Below are positions 58,258 to 64,000 of a stretch of 64,000 nucleotides of DNA, in pieces. Position numbers and translations under genes: made by a program. The stretch is from Erysipelotrichaceae bacterium (lineage in GTDB: Bacteria > Bacillota_I > Bacilli_A > Acholeplasmatales > Anaeroplasmataceae), in assembly GCA_015059145.1 (NCBI GenBank), contig SVAZ01000006.1:2268-66267 (forward strand), given 5' to 3'. The notes below the pieces were generated by a model, which searched no databases, was not told where the DNA came from, and saw only the letters and a program-made list of their open reading frames with translations. The stretch's first letter is position 1. Each line of letters starts with the position of its first letter.

Positions 58258-59562
58258 TTATTTCTCCTCTTTTCCTACATATTTTGTTGCAGGTCTTACA
58301 ATCTTATTACAATATAATAAATTCTCAATATCGTGAGAAATCCATCCCACAATTCTCGCGGCTGCAAAAATTGGAATAAATAAATCACGTGGAATGCCAA
58401 GCATTTCATAAATCAAGCCTGAATAAAAATCAACATTAGCACAGCAATCCATGCCCTTCTTTTCCTTTAAAGCCTTAAGTGCAAGCTTCTCAAATCTATA
58501 ATAGAATTCAAATTTCTTTAGATTCTTTTCCTTAGCTAATGCTTCTGCTTCACCTCTTAACAATTCACATCTTGGATCAGAAAGTGAATATATTGCATGG
58601 CCTATACCATATATTAAACCAGTTTGGTCAAAGAATTTTTTATTTAAAATCTTTTCAATTATCTTATTAATTTCATCATCAGTAGCATCTAAGCCAATTT
58701 CATTTATAACCTCATTCATCATATCAAGGTTAGCCATATTAGCACCACCATGACGCGGTCCCTTTAATGATGCCATAGATGCCGAAATCATTGAATATAA
58801 ATCTGTTAATGTTGATGATACTACAGTACCAACAAACGCAGAGTTATTTCCACCACCATGATCAGCATGAACCATTAAGCATGTATCTAAGGTCTTTGCC
58901 TCTAAATCAGTAAACTTACCATCATTACGTGATAAATATAAGACATTTTCAGCAAAAGAATATTCCTTCTTAGGGAAATGAATATGTAATGCATCATGAT
59001 CTAAATAATGAGTTTTAGCTTGTAATGAATATGAAATAATTGCAGGCATTTTTCCAATTAATGAAATAGCCTTTTTAATTAATTCAAATGGCTCAATATC
59101 ATCTGGATTTTCATCAAATGAATATAAAGATAATATTGATCTTGATATATGATTCATTAATGATTTAGATGGATTCTTTAAAATAATATTTTCTAAAAAT
59201 CCTTCTGGTAAATCATATTCCTCACTTAATAATTCTCTAAATTCCTTAGCTTCAGCCTCATTTGGATAATGACCAAATAATAATAGGAAGCAGGTATTTT
59301 CATAGCCAAAATCATCACCACACATATTAGCAACATCAGCTATATCAATACCACGATAATATAAGTTACCCTTCTTAGGCTGCTTAACATTATCAACTAC
59401 AGTATAACCTGAAACCTCACATACCTTTGTAAGGCCTACAAGTACTCCTGTTCCATTATCATTTCTTAAGCCACGCTTAACCTTATATTCATCATATAGG
59501 CTTGGCTCAATAAATCCATCCTTAAGAAGCTCTTGAAATTTTTTCTTTAAAAAATCTCCCAT
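58258..59562 (-). CDS. Citrate synthase
   Basis: RGLRNDNGTGVLVG, HADHGGGNNS, GPRHGGAN, GIGHAIY..DPR, NVDFYSG. Confidence 0.95.
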   Translation of the reverse strand: MGDFLKKKFQELLKDGFIEPSLYDEYKVKRGLRNDNGTGVLVGLTKVCEVSGYTVVDNVKQPKKGNLYYRGIDIADVANMCGDDFGYENTCFLLLFGHYPNEAEAKEFRELLSEEYDLPEGFLENIILKNPSKSLMNHISRSILSLYSFDENPDDIEPFELIKKAISLIGKMPAIISYSLQAKTHYLDHDALHIHFPKKEYSFAENVLYLSRNDGKFTDLEAKTLDTCLMVHADHGGGNNSAFVGTVVSSTLTDLYSMISASMASLKGPRHGGANMANLDMMNEVINEIGLDATDDEINKIIEKILNKKFFDQTGLIYGIGHAIYSLSDPRCELLRGEAEALAKEKNLKKFEFYYRFEKLALKALKEKKGMDCCANVDFYSGLIYEMLGIPRDLFIPIFAAARIVGWISHDIENLLYCNKIVRPATKYVGKEEK

Positions 59563-59587
59563 ACTTTCACCTACTTTATAATTATTT

Positions 59588-60202
59588 TTATTTTATATAA
59601 AGTGTTTTGATTACCTTTTCTTTTACTTCATAAACATGTAAATATAATTTTTTACCTTTAGATAGTAAATAATAAATTAATTCATTATCAATATCTACTA
59701 GATTAGAAATATCAATTGTTTCTAATCCTAATAAATAATAAAAATCACTGGTGCTATTACATATATCTTTAGATGTTATTTCATATATTCCTTCTTTTAA
59801 GGAATTATGATAATAATTCTTTTTTATATAAAAATCAGCTATTATATTTGCCAAATTTTTATCATCAATATTTAATAATAATTCTATAGCATCATTTGTT
59901 AATCCACATAATGACAGCATATATTTATTGTTTGATTTATGAACTATAATTTTTTCAAATAATCCTTTAACAAATAATTTTAATTCTTTAAATTCAACTT
60001 CATTACACTCATAATTATATACAAATGAATCACCATGTAAATAACATGAACCTAATATAAAATAAAGATATTTATATTTTTCTAAGCAACAATCTAATTC
60101 TTTTATTTTACGATTTATAAAAGAATACCTAGCTACTACAAAATCCTCATTATTATTTAATATATTAAAATCATTTTCTAATTTTGTAATTTCTAATTTC
60201 AT
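59588..60202 (-). CDS. Hypothetical protein, very AT-rich
   Basis: 204-aa ORF between acn and citrate synthase; no motif recognised. Confidence 0.65.
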   Translation of the reverse strand: MKLEITKLENDFNILNNNEDFVVARYSFINRKIKELDCCLEKYKYLYFILGSCYLHGDSFVYNYECNEVEFKELKLFVKGLFEKIIVHKSNNKYMLSLCGLTNDAIELLLNIDDKNLANIIADFYIKKNYYHNSLKEGIYEITSKDICNSTSDFYYLLGLETIDISNLVDIDNELIYYLLSKGKKLYLHVYEVKEKVIKTLYIK

Positions 60203-60206
60203 ATAA

Positions 60207-62072
60207 TTAGAAGGTATTTAATAATCCACCGCAATTAATAAGGCTTAATTCTTCTTCAGTTAAATCACATGAAGTAGCATATTCCTTATTCTTAGTCTTA
60301 TTAATTACCTTAATATCCTTTTCATTCCAAACAACTTCAATTTCATCTAATAAATCAGCCTCAATAGCAAGCTCAATAGGTAAAATACCAAAGTTAATTA
60401 AATTCTTCTTATGAATTCTAGCAAATGATGCTGCAATAACAGCCTTAATTCCTAAATAACGAGGAGCAATTGCTGCATGCTCTCTTGAAGAGCCTTGACC
60501 ATAATTAGAACCAGCAACAATAACACCAGCTCCATTATCTAAGCATCTTTGAGAGAATCCCTCATCAATATTAGAGAATACGAATTCAGAAATCTTTTCA
60601 ATATTACTACGATAAGGTAATACCTTAGCACCTGCAGGCATGATATGATCTGTTGTAATATTATCCTCTAAAGTAATCATTGCCTTAGCAGTAAAGCTAT
60701 TACCGATAGGTGCAAACTTAGGAATTGGCTTAATGTTTGGACCCATTACAACCTCAGATGTAAATGTTGGCTTATATAATAAGCTATCACACTTAGGATA
60801 TTCAACATCTAAAGAGAAATCATTTAATTCCATACCAAGTGGTGATGAAATATAACCGTTTACTGCAGATAATGCAGCAACCTCAGGAGATACTAAATAT
60901 ACCTTAGCTGAGTTTGTACCGCTTCTACCATAGAAGTTACGATTAAATGTTCTAAGTGATACTGCATCAGTTGCAGGTGATTGACCCATACCGATACATG
61001 GACCACATGCTGATTCTAAAATTCTAGCACCAGCCTCTAATAATACATCTAAAATACCATTCTTTGTAATCATTTGTAATACTTGTTGGCTACCAGGAGC
61101 AATTCCTAAAGACACATCCTTATGAATTCTCTTACCCTTTAAAATTGAAGCAACCTTAACAAAGTCATAATAGCTTGAGTTTGTACAGCTACCAATTAAT
61201 ACTTGGTCAACCTTAATATTAGCTAATTCCTTTACTTCCTTAACTGCATCTGGAGAATTAGGACAAGAAGCAACTGGCTCTAGCTCTGCTAAATCAATTG
61301 TAATATTTTCATCATATTCACAGCCCTCATCAGCACTTAATTCTACGAAATCCTCTTCTCTTGATTGTAGCTTTAAGAATGCTCTAGTTTGCTCATCTGA
61401 TGGGAATACTGATGATGTAGCACCTAATTCAGCGCCCATATTACAAATAGTTGCACGCTCAGGTACTGTTAATGATTTAACACCCTCACCATAATATTCA
61501 ATAACCTTATTTACTCCGCCCTTAACTGTCATCTTACCAATTAAGTAAATGATGATATCCTTAGCTGATACACCACCGCGAAGCTTATTTAATAGCTTAA
61601 CACCAACTACCTTTGGTCTAACAATTGAAAAAGGCATACCAGCCATTGCGCATGCAACATCTAGTCCACCAGCACCAATTGCAAGTGCTCCTACACCAGA
61701 AGATGTAGGTGTATGTGAATCTGATCCTAATAGAGTCTTACCAGGCTTTGCAAATCTTTCTAGATTTACTTGATGGCAAATACCATTACCAGCCTTTGAA
61801 TAAACAATACCATATTTATCTGCTACTGTTTGTAAGAACTTATGATCATCTGCATTCATAAATCCATTTTGTAATGTGTTGTGATCAACATAGCTTACTG
61901 ATAATTCTGTCTTAACCTTATCAATACCAAAGCTTAAAAACTCAAGGTATGCCATTGTACCAGTTGCATCCTGAGTTAATGTGTGATCGATTTTAATACT
62001 CATCTTGTTGTTTTCTAAATCTTCAGATACCTTATGTGCATCTAAAATCTTATAAGTTAATGTTTTCTTCAT
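60207..62072 (-). CDS. acnA: Aconitate hydratase
   Basis: TQDATG, GICHQ, GSDSHT, GSCTN, CGPCIG, FNRNF, TTDHI, GSSREHA. Confidence 0.95.
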   Translation of the reverse strand: MKKTLTYKILDAHKVSEDLENNKMSIKIDHTLTQDATGTMAYLEFLSFGIDKVKTELSVSYVDHNTLQNGFMNADDHKFLQTVADKYGIVYSKAGNGICHQVNLERFAKPGKTLLGSDSHTPTSSGVGALAIGAGGLDVACAMAGMPFSIVRPKVVGVKLLNKLRGGVSAKDIIIYLIGKMTVKGGVNKVIEYYGEGVKSLTVPERATICNMGAELGATSSVFPSDEQTRAFLKLQSREEDFVELSADEGCEYDENITIDLAELEPVASCPNSPDAVKEVKELANIKVDQVLIGSCTNSSYYDFVKVASILKGKRIHKDVSLGIAPGSQQVLQMITKNGILDVLLEAGARILESACGPCIGMGQSPATDAVSLRTFNRNFYGRSGTNSAKVYLVSPEVAALSAVNGYISSPLGMELNDFSLDVEYPKCDSLLYKPTFTSEVVMGPNIKPIPKFAPIGNSFTAKAMITLEDNITTDHIMPAGAKVLPYRSNIEKISEFVFSNIDEGFSQRCLDNGAGVIVAGSNYGQGSSREHAAIAPRYLGIKAVIAASFARIHKKNLINFGILPIELAIEADLLDEIEVVWNEKDIKVINKTKNKEYATSCDLTEEELSLINCGGLLNTF

Positions 62073-62194
62073 GTTACGCCTCCCAAAATCATTATCAAAA
62101 GAATTATATCATATATAATTCAATAATCAAACAAATATAAAAAATAAAAATAGCATAAAACGCTTAACAAGCAATTTTTATGCTATTTTTACAC

Positions 62195-63415
62195 TTAAAA
62201 TTTAACTAATGCGTAAAGCTTCTTACCTCTACGTAATACTACGAATCTACCTTCAATAGCGACATCCTTAGAAATCATAAATGCTTCATCAGTAACCTTT
62301 TCACCATTTACTAATGCTGCACCATTTTTAATAAATTCTCTTGCTTCTCTCTTACTTGATGCAAGCTTAGCTTCAATTAACGCATCTACTAAAGTCATAT
62401 CATGACCCTCAATAGAAGGTAATTCACTAAATCCCATTTCAATTTCATCTGCAGTTAATGCTTTAATATTTCCACTGAATAAAGCCTCACTAATCTTAAT
62501 AGCTTGATTATAAGCAGTTTCTCCATGTAGGAATGTAATAACAGACTTAGCTAATGCCTTATGAGCTTCTCTTAAATGAGGCTGAGTATTATTCTTTTCC
62601 TCTAATTCTTCAATTTCCTCCTTAGTTAGGAATGTTAAGAACTTTAAGTAATCAATAACCTTAGAATCCTCTGAATTGATAAAGAATTGATACATTTCAT
62701 ATGCTGATGTTTTATTAATATCTAACCATACAGCCTTACCATTTGTCTTGCCAAACTTAGAGCCATCACTCTTAGTTAATAATGGCATAGTAAATCCATA
62801 AACCTCTTTTTGAGATTTCTTTCTACATAATTCAATACCAGCTGTAATATTGCCCCATTGATCTTGACCTGCAACCTGTAATGTAACATTCTTATTTTGA
62901 TTTAACCACCAGAAATCTAATGCTTGCATAATCATATAAGAGAACTCTGTATATGTAATACCAGCATCTAATCTACGTGCTACAATATCCTTATTTAGCA
63001 TGTAGTTAACGTTGAAGAATTTACCAAAATCTCTTAAGAAATCAATAAAGTTTAAATCCTTACTCCAATCATAATTATTAACAACCTCACAACCAAATAA
63101 ATTAGTTAATTGGCTCTTTAAGCATTCAAAATTATGATTAACTGTTTCATAAGTAATCATAGGTCTCTCACTATCTGGCTTTGGATCACCAATAAGACCT
63201 GTAGCGCCACCAACTAATACAATTGGATTATGACCAGCATCCTTTAATCTCTTACAAATTAAAAAGCTTGAAAAATGACCGATATGAAGTGAGTCTCCTG
63301 TAGGATCTGTCCCAATGTAAAAAGTCATTCCTCCTTTATTTAGCTTTTCTCTTAATACAGGATCTGACACATCCTTAATTAAGCCTCTCCATTCTAATTC
63401 CTCATAAATACCCAT
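62195..63415 (-). CDS. tyrS: Tyrosine--tRNA ligase
   Basis: DPTGDSLHIGH, QVAGQDQWGNI, KFGKT, C-terminal S4-like domain. Confidence 0.99.
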   Translation of the reverse strand: MGIYEELEWRGLIKDVSDPVLREKLNKGGMTFYIGTDPTGDSLHIGHFSSFLICKRLKDAGHNPIVLVGGATGLIGDPKPDSERPMITYETVNHNFECLKSQLTNLFGCEVVNNYDWSKDLNFIDFLRDFGKFFNVNYMLNKDIVARRLDAGITYTEFSYMIMQALDFWWLNQNKNVTLQVAGQDQWGNITAGIELCRKKSQKEVYGFTMPLLTKSDGSKFGKTNGKAVWLDINKTSAYEMYQFFINSEDSKVIDYLKFLTFLTKEEIEELEEKNNTQPHLREAHKALAKSVITFLHGETAYNQAIKISEALFSGNIKALTADEIEMGFSELPSIEGHDMTLVDALIEAKLASSKREAREFIKNGAALVNGEKVTDEAFMISKDVAIEGRFVVLRRGKKLYALVKF

Positions 63416-63444
63416 AATAAATCTTCTCCTTTTCTTAATGAAAT

Positions 63445-63632
63445 AAAAAACGCCCCTAGAATAATCTAAGGACGAAATAATCGCGGTACCACCTTAGTTC
63501 CATATAATAATATATATGGCACTCAATAAAAGCTTTCTCATAGAGTGTATTTCATATATTATCCTATACTTGTTTTCACCAACCACAAGCTCTCTAAAAT
63601 ATAAATAATATACTACTTAATATCTAATCATC
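63445..63632 (-). promoter_or_regulatory. Tyrosine T-box riboswitch
   Basis: AGTAG, AGAGAG, GGTG elements; specifier GAAA-TAC (63547-63549); AAGGTGGTACCGCG (63482-63495); terminator with U tract. Confidence 0.93.
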
Positions 63633-63639
63633 GAAATAT

Positions 63640-64000
63640 TTATTTTGATTCTCTTTCCACAACCTGATAAGGTAATACAACCTTACTAGCAGTAACCTCT
63701 TCATGCTTCATATACTTTGTTAGAAGTCTCATTGATACTGCTCCTATATCATACACCGGAGTATCCACACATGTCAAGTTAGGACGTGATAAAATTGCAT
63801 ATTTAGTGTTTTGAAGACCAACGATAGAAATATCCTTTGGAATATCAAAGCCTTGCTTAATTGCTTCATTCATAAAGCTAACAGCAATACTATCTCTTAC
63901 AGAAATAACACCATCAACATCATAGTTCTTCAAAAACTCCTCAAAATGTAGCTTGTTAACAGCAACATCTCCACTTGTTCTAAATACTAATGGCTCTAAG
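63640..64000 (-). CDS. ccpA: Catabolite control protein A, C-terminal part (partial)
   Basis: RPNLTCVDTPVYDIGAVSMRLLTKYM matches the CcpA C-terminus; frame open to the window end. Confidence 0.85.
   Translation of the reverse strand, partial: LEPLVFRTSGDVAVNKLHFEEFLKNYDVDGVISVRDSIAVSFMNEAIKQGFDIPKDISIVGLQNTKYAILSRPNLTCVDTPVYDIGAVSMRLLTKYMKHEEVTASKVVLPYQVVERESK

Noticed and set aside
1-64000. Mycoplasma-type code 4 (TGA = Trp)
   Set aside because: TGA ends intact genes (tyrA, nfo, protease) and Trp is read from TGG.

Overview
64 kb of low-GC chromosome, mostly housekeeping genes, with almost all genes on the minus strand and no strand switch. Genetic code 11 is used (TGA acts as stop, e.g. 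the tyrA/aroB GTGA overlap). Gene content and style suggest an anaerobic gut/rumen member of the Mollicutes-related Bacilli (Acholeplasmatales/Anaeroplasmataceae-like); this is inference, not a phylogeny. Contents: split S16 operon (rpsP-khpA // addBA // rimM-trmD-malQ), a sporulation cluster (SpoVB-like flippase, YlbD/E/F, YjcZ, alpha/beta SASP, CwlD) with mother-cell sigma-type promoters, rpsD with S4 leader, nadK-nfnAB, a 7-gene aro operon, a heterodimeric ABC exporter, nfo, PFOR, two lipoprotein PL1 pectate lyases, dapA, a GNAT-MsrA fusion, csp, typA, a HEPN-like/DUF815/BrxF-like region, tRNA-Arg and tRNA-Asp, nfeD/SPFH, cvfB, acn-cit-icd-panE, T-box tyrS and partial ccpA. No CRISPR array, prophage, integrase or transposase was seen. 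Most interesting unexplained signals: a candidate catabolite-controlled ~70-nt sRNA (56224-56335); a one-gene module flanked by a perfect 105-bp duplication of the brxF-like 3' end; dapA with its RBS and a sigmaK-like promoter buried in the upstream terminator; and a SASP with an extra copy of its second helix.
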